Counted from the stretch's first letter, positions 26,220 through 40,122 are shown. The stretch: 64,000 nucleotides of DNA from Vicugna vicugna (GCA_013265495.1 MU058584.1:6910407-6974406); one strand, 5' to 3'. A program made the numbers and translations. Notes: generated by a model not told the origin, from the sequence alone.

Positions 26220-26900
26220 GACCATAAAATGCTGGGAGGGCTCAGTGGCTTTGTTGGAGTGTTTCTAAAGGAATGTACCTGTCTGGGAGTGCTCATCGCC
26301 CAGAATGCTCTCTGCAGAAAACAGGGCCTCCAGCTGGCACAGTAACAGCCCCCATCAGACCTACTCCACAGAAAACCACCACCTCCACCTGCTCTTGGAC
26401 CCGGCCTCCACCCAGCTCCCAAAGGAAAAAGACCTCCTCTACAACTCTGCTTAAAGAGGCCAACAGGGCTGCCTCTTAACTCAGCCAAATCCAACTGGAA
26501 CCCATCAGAGAAAGGCCACAGGCAAGCAGTTTTTAACAGAGAGGTAAAAGGAAGAAACAAAAGACCAAAAAAGAAAGAGCAAAAGCAAACACCACGTCAA
26601 AAGCAGTTTTTGACCAAGCTAGACCCACTCTAGATTCTCCTTCCCAGTTACACAGCTGGAAGAGGTTTTGCCTTCATTTCAGCTCATTACTGGGCTTAGA
26701 TGGCAAATCTTACGTCACACAGAGGTCCCCGGTTTGCACAGTGGAGAGGATCCAGAAACTATGGGATCAGGAGAGAGTGAGCGCTGTAGGAGGCACAGAG
26801 GCAGGGCACGCCTCCTCCACTCTGGTCTGCTCAGGTCTAGCTCCTCTTTTTTGTTCCATTTTTTTAACTTTCCTCCTGACCTGTTTCACTTCTTAACATA

Positions 26901-27713
26901 TGTGATACTGTGATTTATAACAACAAACGTATAGTTGGTCTTCCTCCTCATTTCCAGCACAGGGCTCCTAAAACCCTTTAAATCTCCCAAGTGATGAGAG
27001 CATAAAGGCATCTTTCGTGAATGAGGTGATTTTTGAGAAACATGTAAGGATGGGGAACTTTCAGTCCCATCCCTCTGATCTCTGGGGAGGGGAGAGAGGG
27101 ACTGGAGATCGAATCAGTCACCAGTGACCAATGATTTGATCAGTCATGCCTATGTAATGGAATCTCCATGAACTCCCAAAAGAATGGGGTTCAGAGAGTC
27201 TCCAAGTTGGTGAATCTATGGAGATTTGGGAAGAAAGGTGTCCTTAGAGAGGACATGGAAGCCCCACACCCCTTCCCACCTACCTTGCCCTATGCATCTC
27301 CTCCATGTGGCTATTCCCAAGTTATACTATCCTTTTGTAACAAACTAGTAATCTAGTAAATAAACGGTTTCTCTGAGTTCCATGAGACCAACTAATTCAC
27401 AAAAGTACTGATCATTCTAGGAAATAAATCAAACCCAGGGAGGGGAATCATTGGAACCTCTGATCCTTCGCTTGTTCTCAGAAGCACAAATGACAACCTG
27501 GGCTCACAATTGGCATCTGAAGTGAGAGGGAGGGTAGTCTTGGAGGACTGAGCCCTTAACCCATGGAATCTGATGTTATCTCTGGGTAGATAGTGTCATA
27601 ATTGATTTCAGTTGTAGGACGCCCACCTGATTTCCAAGATTGTTCAGTGATGTGGGGGGAGGGGAGCGGGGAGGAAACACATACACATATTGGAACTGGC
27701 TGCAGAACACTTA
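26901..27713. mobile_element. MER21-like solo LTR
   Basis: Begins tgtgatactgtgatttataa...ctcctaaaaccc like MER21; cttaacata occurs at both ends. Confidence 0.75.
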
Positions 27714-29126
27714 ACATAGAAACTTATAATGAAAAACTGCTCCTCTGAACAGAACCTAAATGACTTTTGGAAATGCTCTACTCTCCCTTGAAGCAGAGCT
27801 GATATTTTAGCATTCCTCCTAAAGTTAGCTGGAGAGGTTCAGTGCCCAACGTGAAACACGGCAAGGTGAACCACCCAGGCAGCCTCAGGGGCACACCATG
27901 AGAACACAAGCTGGAGCCTGCACCTAGCACAATCTATTGTACTAAACGTATTGTCCTGAGAGGCTGAATACACAAACAGTGGCCAGGCCGCCTCCAACAC
28001 TAGAACTCTACCCACAACCTCTGCAGCAATCAGTTCAGAACACTCAGGACCAGGACTTGGTCCACGATTGCCAGCTTCTCTGTTGTCCCTGCTCCAGCTA
28101 AGGACCAACAAAGGAAGTCAAATATACACCCCAAAGCAGTCACATGAGGTGCCTTGCTACTCGTTAGCCTGCCTCCACCTCCCCCATGCCAACAGCCTCC
28201 GACAAGAGTATGTCTGAGTCCTCCCCCCTCCTTTTTTTTTAAACTATTAAAAAAGATCTCCTGCCTGCCTTTAAATAGCTGCCAAACTGGAGGGATGGTA
28301 GCTGAGTTTCTTGCTCCGGCAAGATCTGTCTTCAGGGAGAAGGCTGTGCTGCACAGTTTAACCAATTGGAAAACAGACGAAGAAATATCAATTAACTAGT
28401 CCACGGTACCAGAGCTAAGAATTGGCTGAGTCAGGACATAGGTCTGCAGAACACACAGCCAGGGCTCTGAACTCCACCATGTAGGTCTATGGTTTCCAAT
28501 GTTCAGATGACTTCAGAAGTCTTAACAGTGATATCAGGAAAGTCATGGTACAAGGACGTTACTCCGTGGCAGTATCTGTGTGTCTCCCTCCCTTTCTCAC
28601 TCTGCCTGTGAGTGGGTGCGGACCTGCCTCTCCATCACTGCGTGTCTTTCCCACTGTGTCTGGGATTTGGCAGCTCTTGTCCTTCATGCAGACCACTGTG
28701 TTTCTGAATCTCCACAGGCATCCTCTCCCCTGTTGATCCCTCCCTCTTTTTCTCTGACCATGACTATTCTAGACCTGCTCTGCGGCTGTAGTGTAGTAAC
28801 GTAGTATAGAAAGAAGGCCATAGTGTAGCAGCCCCTTCGATAGACAGAAGGGGCTCTCATGCCTCACCTTGGAATTACTCCATAAATCATACTGGGAAAC
28901 AGTATTGTTTTGTCCCATTCATAAAAATAAATGAATTTGGTTAGGTCCCAGAAACCTAGCAAAAGAGAAAACATATTAAATGCTTCGGGCTCTTGCACAT
29001 CCTTTAAATCAGATGAATTTCTAAGGCATTTCAACTCAAGCGTAATTTCCCATTTTCAGAAATTCCCTTTAATGTATACAAATAATACCTTCTCGGGGGC
29101 CTATTTTAAGTAAAGATATCTATCTT

Positions 29127-29299
29127 CTTTTTTTTAAGAGCTTATGTTCTATTTATTATTGTATTATTTAATTATTTTTTATTTTGGTGGGGGGGAGGTA
29201 ACTAGGTTTATTTATTTTTAGGGGAGGTATTGAGAATTGAACACAGGACCTCATCCATGCTAAGTAAATGCTCTACCACTTGAGCTATATCCTCCACCC
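29127..29299 (-). mobile_element. Vic-1-like SINE
   Basis: ggaggtaactaggttt...gaattgaacacaggacc...ctctaccacttgagctat. Confidence 0.88.
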
Positions 29300-29829
29300 T
29301 TAAGATGTCTTTCTTTTTACCTGCCTATACTCTGGCTCTTTTAACATACCCCACTGTTGGGGGTGCTTAGAGAAACCTGTGTGGAAGCTGTGTCATTTAC
29401 TACCTGCGTGACCTTGAGCAAGTCACGTACTTTTCCTAAGCTACAGTTTTCCTTTCTATTACATAGAAGTTGTAACACATCCTACCTCCTAAGGGTGTTA
29501 TAAGGAATCAATAGTGCGATCCACATGAATTTCTTAGTAAAAGTCCTGGTAATTGTGTAATAACTAATAGCTTTTATTACTATCATTACCTAGACAGGAC
29601 ACATGTTTTATTTCTTGCTTTATTTTTTCTAGCTCCTCACTGGACATTTCCAACCGGATCTGTCATGGGCTTCTTAAATCCAATATGTAGAAAATTAACC
29701 GCATTATCTTCTCCAACAGCACCCTCCTCACTCCCTGATAGCATCCTCTTCATCCTCTGTGGAGGAAAAGTGTATTTCAAGAAGTAACTATGTAGAATTG
29801 GACAGTTTACAAAATAAGTGGCACTCACT

Positions 29830-29945
29830 GTATAACACAGGGAGCTACATTCAATATCTTGTAGTAACCTATAATAAAGAAGAATATGAAAAGGAATATA
29901 TGTAGTTTCATATGACTGAACCATTATGCTGTACACCAGAAATGT
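29830..29945 (+). mobile_element. Short L1 3'UTR fragment
   Basis: tataacacaggga.cta.attcaatatcttgtagtaacc...atgctgtacaccagaaa, homologous to the L1 tail at 8260-8400. Confidence 0.75.
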
Positions 29946-30905
29946 GTGCCTCCTCTGAACTGGTGGTAACATCGTAACCAATCCCCTCTTTAATAGCAAG
30001 TTAAATAAAATCTTTAAACTGTGTTCTCTTTATATTTGTATGACAGTCATGATTTTGCCTCCTTTGAAAATTACCTTTTAATACCTTTCTCAAGGAACAA
30101 TACTATTCATCCACAGTTTTCCACTGAAACACAAAATAAGTCACCTTGACCCTCTGACCCTCACGCCTCACATCCAGCAGTCAATTCCTATCAAGGGTGT
30201 CTTCAGGGCAGAGCAGGGGTCACTTGGAGCTGTGGGTGAAAGCACAGGTCATAGAGAGACAGCCAGAGCTGAATCCACTTTCCTGCACGACCTTGGGCAA
30301 GTTGTTTAATCTCTTCTAGCTTTTGTTTCTTTATCTGCAATGTGTGGAAATAATGTGCTAGCATTTTTGTTAGGAGGAACAAATGAATATAAAGCATGTA
30401 AAGCACTTAACCCAATGCCTAGCATACAGTAAATACTCACCTAAAGGTAGCTCTTATTAAATCTCACAGACTCGTCTGCCCCTTGCCCTCCCTCCTTTCT
30501 CGCTGGCTAGTTCAGGCCCATTTCATCTTCTGTCTAGGTTACTGATTCCTGTGCCGCTGGTCCCCCGGCCACATCTCCACCCCACTTCGCCATACTCCCC
30601 CACGGAATACTGTGAGGGTGCTCCCGTTCCCTGCAGGGGTCCTCATAAGAGGAGATAAATTAAAGAGCTCCTGTGTTCTCCCAATCCTAGTGCCCACTAT
30701 CAATCACTGCTTCCCAGCTGAGCAAGTTTCACACATGAGCTGCAGACAAAGGAGAAAAGCAACACCTTTTACAGCTGTCCTGTCCTTGACAAGGTGCATT
30801 ACTATTCTAAAATAGTCTGTAACTTCAGAGCATTTTGATTGTTTTGAAGTCTACACTTAGTTCTTTCTCTTAAAAAATTTTGATCAGACATTTAAAAACA
30901 GACCT

Positions 30906-31015
30906 GGAGAGTAGGGACATAGCTCAGCGGGAGAGGCATGCTCAGCATGCACGAGGTCCTGGGTTCAATCCCCAGTACCTCCATTTAAATAAATAAATTA
31001 AATAAATAAAAATAA
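30906..31015 (+). mobile_element. Vic-1-like SINE
   Basis: catagctcagcgggagag..catgcacgaggtcctgggttcaatccccagtacctcc; flanking repeat aacagacct. Confidence 0.9.
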
Positions 31016-31897
31016 CAACAGACCTAAAACCTTTAAGCCGAAGGGGAAAATATAATGAGACAATTAGCCTGTATGAATAGGATAAGAGAATTGAGCAAAT
31101 CTTGCTACAGAGTGGAAGTTCTACTATCTATGCAACATTTGCATTTCTGACTTCTGTTTCCACGGGAGTGCAAGCAGGCTTTATGAAGAGTGTGACTGCG
31201 GCTAGTTATGGCCAGATTAGTAAACAGAGGAACCAGTGCAACACGTGGCTGGAGAAAGAACCTAAGCCTCCACGTCAGCAAAGAACACATGTCACCAAAA
31301 TGCTCTTCTGTAAAAGCTGTTCTACAAAATCAAGACACGAAAGGAGTCCAAGGGAGACGTTCCAGGACATTAGAGAAGGAGAATGGTGATTGGGGAATGA
31401 AAATGTTATTAAATGCAGGTTGGGGCAATTTGGCAGCATTTACCAAAATGTTAAATGCACACATCGTTTGGCACAGCAAGTATACATCTTGGACTCTACC
31501 TCATAGAAATAGCCGTGTGTACAAAGATATGTATGTCAAGATGTTTACTGCGTAGCTTGTAACAAAACGAGAAAAAGAAGTAACACTGTCAGTAGTAAAA
31601 TGGTTAAGTAATATGTGGAACATCCTAACTGCAAGAAAAAGAAACTCAAAGTGTCATAACAGGGAAACATTGTGGCTCATATAATCGGAGTTTAGGGGTA
31701 AAATGGGCTTAAGATGGGCTTCACGGTTGCCTTAATCTAGTGGCTTCAGAGCCATTTCTCCACAGCTCCCTTGGATCTGCCCTTCTCCCTGGACCAGCCT
31801 CATCCCCAGCATGCCAAGAGAATAGCTGTTGCAATTCCAGACTAAAACCTGCAGAAAAAGAGAGAAGTACTTCCAAGATTTTTCCAGAAACAGAATA

Positions 31898-32310
31898 TGG
31901 CAGACAGCAACTTGTGTTCAAAAAGTCTGTTTACCCCTTCTTCCTGGGCACATGGCCACCTAGCTAGGGACAACACTTCCCAGCCTTTCTTGCAGCTGGT
32001 GTGACCATGTGATCACGTTCTTGCAAGTGGTATGTGAATGGAAAGGATGTGTGTAATTTCGCCTTCATCTACTCAAAAGGAAATTGCTGACTCTGAACGT
32101 CCTCACTTTCTCCTTTCTGCAAGCAGTATCATGGTGGCAGCATGGCAACTTCAACAAAGTCCTCAGAGACGACACAGTAACAAAATAGAAGGAACAAGGG
32201 CCCCTGAGTAACCCAGACAAGGAAGCTGCCTTACCAGCCAAGACTGATCAAATTGTTTCATGACAGACAAATAAAATTTTGTTTTGTTTGTTCCATTTTA
32301 TTCAGGGGTT
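31898..32310. mobile_element. MaLR LTR (MLT1J-like)
   Basis: tggcagac...ccccttcttcctggg...cacttcccagcct.tcttgcag.tggtgtgaccatgtga...aataaa. Confidence 0.6.
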
Positions 32311-32715
32311 ACATCAACTTTTCTTTTACATCAACTAATTTACACATCTTAAAGTCTCCAATGAATCTCTCTTCATGTCTCAAGTCCTCATGTGTGAATT
32401 GCTGCATCAAAGCCTCCTTCTAAGGCAATCATTTGCTGGGGGGGATAGGATGGCTCTTTGACCAAAAGACCACCACCTGGAGCCAGGGGTGGGATCAGCT
32501 GTCTCCTAGAGGCTCAGAGCTACATGGAGGAGTGAATCGATCTCTGACTCAGTGTCTCTCTCCTCACCATTACACCCATCATAATTCTCAGTAATTTCAC
32601 AATCAACTACACAGTCCTTCCATGTCGTGTCCTCTCAGCCCCTTCACCTGGCTACCTCTAACCATCTTATCCTCCGCCTATCTCAACCACCTACTACTAT
32701 GTTCATCCTCTAGAT

Positions 32716-32928
32716 CAGTGCAGTCCAATACAACTTTCTGCCATCGTGGAAACTTTTAATCTTCACTCTCCACTGTGGTAGCCACTACCCATGCATGGCT
32801 GTTAAGCAGTTGACATGTTGGCTAGTGCCAAAGAAGAAAGGAATTTTTAATTTAATTTAATGTTAATGAATTTAAATCTAAATTTAAATAGCTACATGTG
32901 GCTAGTGGCTGTTATATTAGATGGTGCA
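32716..32928. mobile_element. MER3-like hAT MITE
   Basis: cagtgcagtccaatacaactttctg...gtagccacta.ccatg.atggct...atgtggctagtggct. Confidence 0.75.
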
Positions 32929-35576
32929 GGTCATGACCTTGCTATTCTCAACGAATGCAATTCTGCACAGTCTGAATTGCAAACATCACATTCTCCAATA
33001 TCATCATATTCTTCCAGCTAACTCTTCTAATGCGATACTCTCCTCAAACTGCTGGGACTTCCAATCCAAACACTCTACCATCTTTCACTGTCCCCATTGC
33101 CCTTTATTTTCTCATCTCCCTCATTACACAGCTTAGAGTTCATGATTATAAAACGTCACATTTGCATGCACTCTCCACTCCATCGCCCCCCCTCATTCAT
33201 TCATAGGAGGACTCCAACTCTGGCCAAAATCCAAAACTCTCTGCCTATTTCCGACTCCACCTGAGCACTTAACCTTAGGTAGAGGGAAAACACTCAGAAC
33301 CCTAAGTGATCACTCTTCAACTCATGCCTACCCTACTGCCCCAAAATCCTGCTACATTTGTCTAATTCCTTCACAGGCCCATCTCATTTCCTAGATGATT
33401 ATTTTGTATCATTTCTTCTCACGGCAAAACTCTACCATTTCCTTCTCGCCTCCCTCTCAGATGAGGAAACAGTAACAAGTAGCAGATAACTTCAACAGAT
33501 TCTCCCCCCCCACCCCCATCTCCTACTCCACCTGCAGCTGGGCCCATGAACTCTCTTTCCTGCTACGAAGGACGACTACCTGTGCCCCTAAGGCCACGTC
33601 CCGCCAGCACTCGGGATCCCATCGCTTCACACCTGCCCAACAACATCATTCCTGTAATTGTCCAACTTCTCTCCCACGCTGTAGATTTTCCCCTTTCTTC
33701 GGGGTCACTCTCCATAGTACATAAATATGCCTTACTCTCTGTGTTTTTTGAAAACTCTCCCCAACCACACATCACTTTCAGCAAAGTGTTTTTTAATACA
33801 TCAGAGTAACATGATCTGATTTATGATTTAGAAAAATCATTTTGGAGAGTGGATCATAAGGGAGTAAATGGAAGTAAGAAAACTAGTTAGAAGACTATTT
33901 CAGAACAGTTCCAGCAGTAGCAAACCTGATAATATTGACCATTCTAAAACTGGAACCCTTGGAAGCTGGAAAACCATTACAGAATAAGGTAAACTAACGA
34001 GACCTAACAACTCAGTGCAATTTATAAACTTTGATTGGGTCTTTAATCGGGAGAAACATAACCACAAATAGCAGCGTGTGGTTCAATGTATGCAAATCAA
34101 TTAATGAGATATACCAACACTAACAAAATGAAGGATAAAAATTGCATGATCATCTCAATAGATGTAGAAAAATCACTTAACAAAATTCAACACAGTTTCA
34201 TGATTAAAACTCTCAACAAACTAGATGTAGAAGGAATTTGCCTCAACATAATTCAGGTCATATATGGCAAGCCCACAGCTAATTTACTCAATTGTAGAAA
34301 ACTGAAAGTTTTTCCTCTAAGATGAGGAACAGGACAAGAATGTTCACTCTTGCCACTTACAGTCAACATAGTACTGGAAGTTCTAGCCAGAGCAATTAGG
34401 CAACAACAACAAAAATAAAAGTATACAAATCAGAAAAGAAGAAGTAAAATTATCTGTTTGCAAATGACATGATTTTACATATAGAAAACCCTAAAACCTC
34501 ACCAAAAAAAAAAAAAAACCTGTTAAAACTAATAAACAAAGTTACTGTGATTGAACAGTATGGTACTGGCATAAAGACAAACATACAAACCAATGGATGA
34601 AACAGCATAGACAGCTCAGAAATAGACCCCTATATATACAGTCAATTGATCTTAGACAAAGCTGCCAAGCTCATACAAGGGGGAATGGACAATCTTTTCA
34701 GCAAACAGTGCTGGAAAAATTAAATATCCACATGCAAAGTAATAAAATTGGATTCTTACCTTAAACCATGCCCCAAACAATCAACTCAAAATGTATTAAA
34801 GACTTAAACATAAGTCCTGAAACTATAAAACTCCTAAAAGACAACACAAGGGAAAAGCTTAACTTTGTTCTTGGCAATAATTTCTTGACTATGACAACAA
34901 AGGCACAGGCAACAAAAACAAAAACAGACAAGTGGGGTTTCATCAAACTAAAGGGCTTCTGCACAGCAAAGGAAACAAGAGAATGAAAAGGTAACATACA
35001 GAATGGGAAAATGCTTGCAAACCATGCATCTGAAAGGGGGTTAATATCCAAAACATATAAGAGACTCCTACAACTCAATAGTAAAAACCCAACAACCCAA
35101 TTTAAAAATGGGGCAAAAACCTTGAATGCACATTTTTCTAAAGAAGACACAGAAACGGCCAACAGGCAAATTAAAAAAGGTACTCAGTTTCACTAATTAT
35201 CAAGGAAGTATGAATCAAGACCACAATGTGATATCACCTCACACCTGTTAGGATGGCTATTATCAAAAACAAAACAAAAGATAACAGGTATTGGAGAGGA
35301 CATGAAGAAATTAGAACCCTTCTGCCCTGTTGGTAGGGAGGCAAAATGGTATAGCTGCTATGGAAAATAGTATGGAGGTTCCTTAAAAAAGTTAAAACTA
35401 GAACCACCATACGATTGAGCAATCCCATTTCTGGGTATTTGTCCAAAAGAATTGAAATTAGGATTCCAAAAAGATAGCTATACTACCAGGTTCACTGCAT
35501 CATTAAAGACAATAGCCAAGATGGAGAAACAACTTAAATGTCCATGGACAGATGAATGGATAAAGAAAATTTGAAA

Positions 35577-35586
35577 TATATATATA

Positions 35587-35617
<31 letters not shown>

Positions 35618-35640
35618 GTATATATATATACACACACACA
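35577..35640. repeat. Compound (TA)(TG)(TA)(CA) microsatellite
   Basis: Seen directly. Confidence 0.9.
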
Positions 35641-35645
35641 ATGAA

Positions 35646-35770
35646 GGGAGAGTATAGCTCAGTGGTAGAGTGGGTGCCCAGCATGCACAAGGTCCTGGGT
35701 TCAATCCCTGGTACCTCCACCAAAAATAATTAATAAATAAACCTAATTACCTAACCCCCCCCAAAAAAAT
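35646..35770 (+). mobile_element. Vic-1-like SINE nested in L1
   Basis: gggagagtatagctcagtggtagag...ggtcctgggttcaatccc...aaacctaattacc. Confidence 0.9.
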
Positions 35771-37489
35771 ACATATAAATACAATGAAATATTATTCAGA
35801 CTTAAAAAAGAAAAGAAACCCTACCATATGTGACAACATTGATGAACCTGGAGACATGATGCTGAACGAAATAAGCCACTCACAAAAATACAAGTCTGTA
35901 TGATTCTATTTATACAATGTATATAAAATACTTAAATTCATAGAAACAGTGAGTAGCATGGTAGTTGCCAGAGTCTGGAGAGAGAGGGAAATGGAGAGGT
36001 GTTGTTCAATGGATTTAAAGTTTCAGTTGTGCAAGATGAATAAATTCTAGAGATCTGCTGTTCAACATAGTGCCAATAGTTAACAATACTGTATTGTGCA
36101 TTTTTAAAGTTTGTTAAGAGGGTGTATCTCATGTCAAGTATTCTTAACAAAAACAAACAAAGGGGCATGAGGGAACTTTTGAAAGTGATGAACATGTTTA
36201 TTGCCTTGAGGAGTGATAGTTTCACAGGTGTATGCGTGTGTCCAAACTCATCAAATTATATACATTAAATATATTCAGGTTTTTTGTATATCAGTTATAC
36301 TACAATAAAGCCTTTTAAAAAAAAAAGAGTGGTATGTGGATAAATGTTTAACAAATGGCCAGGGGCATGGGGGGAGGAGATCCGAAATTTGTAGTGTTTG
36401 CCAGTTTCCATGATGTAAACATCCTCACCATGAACAATGGCAAGCTACTGTGTCAAGCATCACGTGTGTATAATGCCAAGCTATCACTGAACTTGGAGTT
36501 GGAAGTGATGTACACTCTCTTTGCACAAGCCAGCTCAAGTACACTATTAGATAAGAACATTAGGGGGACAATTAGAGAAATCTGAAAGTGGACTGTATGT
36601 TGGATGATATTATTGAATTTATATTGACTTTCTTACATGTGATAATGGTAACATGATTGTGTGGGAGAATGCCTTGTGAGCTATGTACTGAAATACCCTG
36701 ACTCTGATGTTTGAAGACTACTTTCAGGTGTGTGTGCACGTGCGTGTGTCGGGGGGGGAGAGATGAAGAAAATGTCAGTGTGTTGAGAGGTTGCTAGTTG
36801 ATTAAAAGGGTGAGGGATACTTTGGTGCTCAGTGAAATTGTTCTCTCACCTTCTCTGTGGGCTTAATATTTTTCAAAAGAAAAATTTATTTGTTGACAAC
36901 AGAAGATTCTATGTACAAAATCTGGATTTTCAGTTTTTATTGAAAGGAGCCTAAAACCTTGCAACATTGGGCTTATGCTCTCAAATAGCACCATTTAGCC
37001 AAATCTAATAGATGGGGGATGTGCTGCCCAGTCAGATCTTACCTGGCCCTCTTCCCCTTTTGGGTTACCTTCCTGACCCCTGCGGGTATTTGCATTTGTG
37101 CCCCTGGTCTAGAAACTGTTCAAAGATGGTCTTTAATGCTGGCTCCCAAGCACTCAGTGGAGAAGGGGGAAAAATAATCTATATTGCCGGTGCTTCTGTA
37201 ATTATTCCTCTTCTTGCGCCCTAGATTAACAGCTAAAACTAATTCAACGCTTCCTCAAACGTGTTTTACGAGCTCCCTCTGCTGACTCTTTCTGAAGGGA
37301 TGAAACTGCTTCAATTCCTTGTAAGTTCTGAATTTTGAAATCGCCCTTCTGGGTTTAGACTTGGAAGAACTTGGTGACATGACAGTCACCCAACTGACTT
37401 TCTTCCATGGACGGCTCCTATGATGATGGTTCAAGGGACTCACGGAAGAATCAGAATTTAGTTCAGTAGAACGCCTGTTTCACTGGAGG

Positions 37490-37946
37490 CTGTGCTTTGG
37501 GTGACTTGGCGCCCTCTAAAGGCTACAGTGCGAAGAGCAGCCCTTACCACGTGCTCCGCTCTAAGTTCCGGGCTTTGTCGGAACTGTGACCTTCAGGAGG
37601 GTGGAGGAAACGGGCAGAAGTCACTTACCGCCTGAAATCCGGAATCCGTATTGCAGCTCGTCATTTAGCCCTCCCTTGAGATCACGGAAGTGTCGAGCTG
37701 GTGTCCTACACGACTTCTTTTTTTTTTTCAGCGAGTATACTTTCTGCGTCACCAGTGTGACAGGAAAAACGAATGGTTTTTGTTTTCAACCGAGAGCACT
37801 TTGAGTAAAGTCAGCATTCCTTTATTTTTTTTTTCGAATAAAGAGTTTGAGTTTCTTTCTTTCTTTTTTTTTTTTTTTAAGACAAACACTATCTTTCGCT
37901 ATTGGCTTTAAGAAATAATTCGTCAGACTATCTGCTCTGTGCCAAG
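37490..37946 (+). promoter_or_regulatory. FMO4: Probable FMO4 promoter and first non-coding exon
   Basis: Local CpG enrichment, CTCF-like motif 37506-37524, E-box CACGTG 37548-37553, ETS-like CGGAAGTG 37685-37692, strong donor AAG|GTAAGT at 37946/37947; TSS not determinable. Confidence 0.6.
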
Positions 37947-38944
37947 GTAAGTGTCCTGGATTTTTTTTTTTAAATGGGGAAATGTTTCCCGAAGTGTTTT
38001 CACGGAGGATGAATATTGCCTTCCTTAAAAATGAATGTGATCCTCTGCTTCAGGACTCTCTTGATCAGGGTGAAAGCAACAGAATTACAGAGAAAATGAG
38101 GAAGCAAAGGAACATTGTAAGGAAACAAAGTTATGTCATAGGGGGAAAACCATCCAGAAGGAAGGTGTGGGTGAGAGGAACAGGATCGTGGGATTTTCAG
38201 TGGTTCTAGGCTCACTTCTGGTTTCACCTTACGGGTGAGATGGAATTGCCAGGCACTGGGAAACACAGAATACTCCACAAGTGTTATGATGGGAAATACT
38301 GAAGCCAAGGAAGCGCACTGGTGGGCTGATAGTAAGAAATATAAACAGATCAGACTTGAAACTCATATGAATCATAATCAGTTTCATGATTTGCCAATCA
38401 CCCAAGTCTCTCCATGTCTCAAAAATGTAAGAATTTACAGTTTCTGGTCTGTCACGTAGGGGATGGGGTTTTCATGTTGTTCAAAAGTCCGATTCAGCAG
38501 TTTCAGAGCTCATTTCTACTAGGGAACTAGGTATCAGCGACCTTTGACCTGCAATGGACCTTGTGCTTACAGAACACTTTATAGTTTACAAAGGGCTTAG
38601 CTTACGTCCTCCAGACCCTTCAGGCCTGCAGTATTCCCCCCTACCTTTCAATTCACATCCATTTTTGGTACCAATTATTTGGCATTCAAACAGTCTCTAC
38701 ATCAGTCTGCAAAGGACAAGGTGTTTTTTGCCCAGGAAAAGCACAGCCCACTTTGTGTCTCTAACTAGGTCTCCAGGCATAGCTGAGCTGCCCAAGAGAG
38801 TCTGCAAGCATTTGTAACCAGAACAGCTGCTGTTACAGGGCCTGCCACATGGTGTCGTGTGTATTGGCCTCTCTCCATACAGTGGCATCTTCTTGTGACC
38901 CAGTCACTGGGTCTATTTTCATTACTATTATTAAGTCACTGGTC

Positions 38945-39120
38945 CTTTTTTTTTTTTTTTGAGTTATAGTCAGTTTACAATGTTGTGTCAATTTCTGGTA
39001 TACAGCACAATTCTTCAGTCATACATGAATATACATATATTTACTTTCATTTTCTTTTTCACCATGAGCTACCATAAGATATTATATATATTTCCCTGTG
39101 CTGTACAGTATGAACCTCTT
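38945..39120 (-). mobile_element. Short L1 3'UTR insertion
   Basis: Poly-T followed by the reverse complement of the same L1 tail seen at 40855. Confidence 0.8.
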
Positions 39121-39604
39121 TATCTGTTTTATTAGACACTGTTTCTTAGTCATCTTTGGGGCCCCCACATTTGGCTCAGAACCTGCCCTGAGAGGTACCC
39201 AGGGTACAACTCTTGAATGAATTAATTTGCCGCCAGTCTATTCACCACAGCACATTTGTGTTTTCCCAGTTCAGTCAGCAACCATTTCTTTCACATTTGT
39301 GCAGAGCATATCTGAGATCTGCCAGTTCCAGACCTCTCCCTTGTGCCCAGAAATTTCAGTGTTCCTGTTGGTGGGGGCCACTTATTTCTGATGAAAGGCT
39401 ACCTAGACCTTTTACTCCTCAGTGCAAAGGAAGCCATGAGTATATTTGCCTACTTGTTCTTGCTGATAAATTTTATCTATGTGAGCTGCCTTTTCCAGGG
39501 AGAAGAGAGGAAAGGAGGGAGTGAAGGAGATGGGAAATGAATGTTGAGTAAATATTTGGTGCTGGGCACTTTTGTATAAGTAATGTCGCTTAAAACTCAA
39601 ACAA

Positions 39605-39775
39605 TCTATAACACAGGAAACTATATTCAATATCTTATAGTAACCTATAATCAAAAAGAATATGAAAATACAGACTTATGTATATGTATAACTGAAACAT
39701 GCTATACACCAGAAATGGACACATTGTAACTGACTGTACTTCAATAAAAGTATGCTCTTGCTGCAAAAAAAAAAA
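39605..39775 (+). mobile_element. Short L1 3'UTR insertion
   Basis: tataacacaggaaactatattcaatatc...cattgtaactgactgtacttcaataaa and A-run. Confidence 0.8.
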
Positions 39776-39961
39776 TTTAATCCTTCAACATAGCTATTTT
39801 TTGTATTTTACAAACAATAAACCTTAAGGTGAGAAAGTGGGTTGTATGGGGTCAGTTCCAGAGATAGAGCTCAAACCCAGTTCTGCTGTCTCCAAAGTCC
39901 ATTCTTACTGTGGCCTGCCCAGGTCTCCCAAATCAGTAGAGACCCCTAAATAAACCAACAG

Positions 39962-40122
39962 CCTCAGGGGAGGAAGTGCCCATTTCCCTATAAATAATGA
40001 AGCCAGGCATGAAGGCCTCAGCCTTATAAAGGGCAGGATGGAAGGTAACATTTGGAAACAGGCAGCCTTGAGAAATCGCTCTGATTCTTGTTGCAAGTTC
40101 CTGGATCCTGTTCTGGAACCAG
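39962..40122 (+). other. FMO4: Candidate second 5' exon of FMO4 (5' boundary uncertain)
   Basis: Consensus donor CAG|GTGAGT at 40122/40123; possible acceptor aacag at 39961; human FMO4 has two exons upstream of the ATG exon (recalled). Confidence 0.5.

Larger units (their letters stand above)
34075..36325 (+). mobile_element. Degenerate L1 (ORF2 RT and C-terminal fragments plus 3'UTR) with internal deletion and nested SINE
   Basis: ORF2 remnants [29 protein letters not shown] and KWGFIKLKGFCTAKET; AATAAA and poly-A near 36304-36326. Confidence 0.9.
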
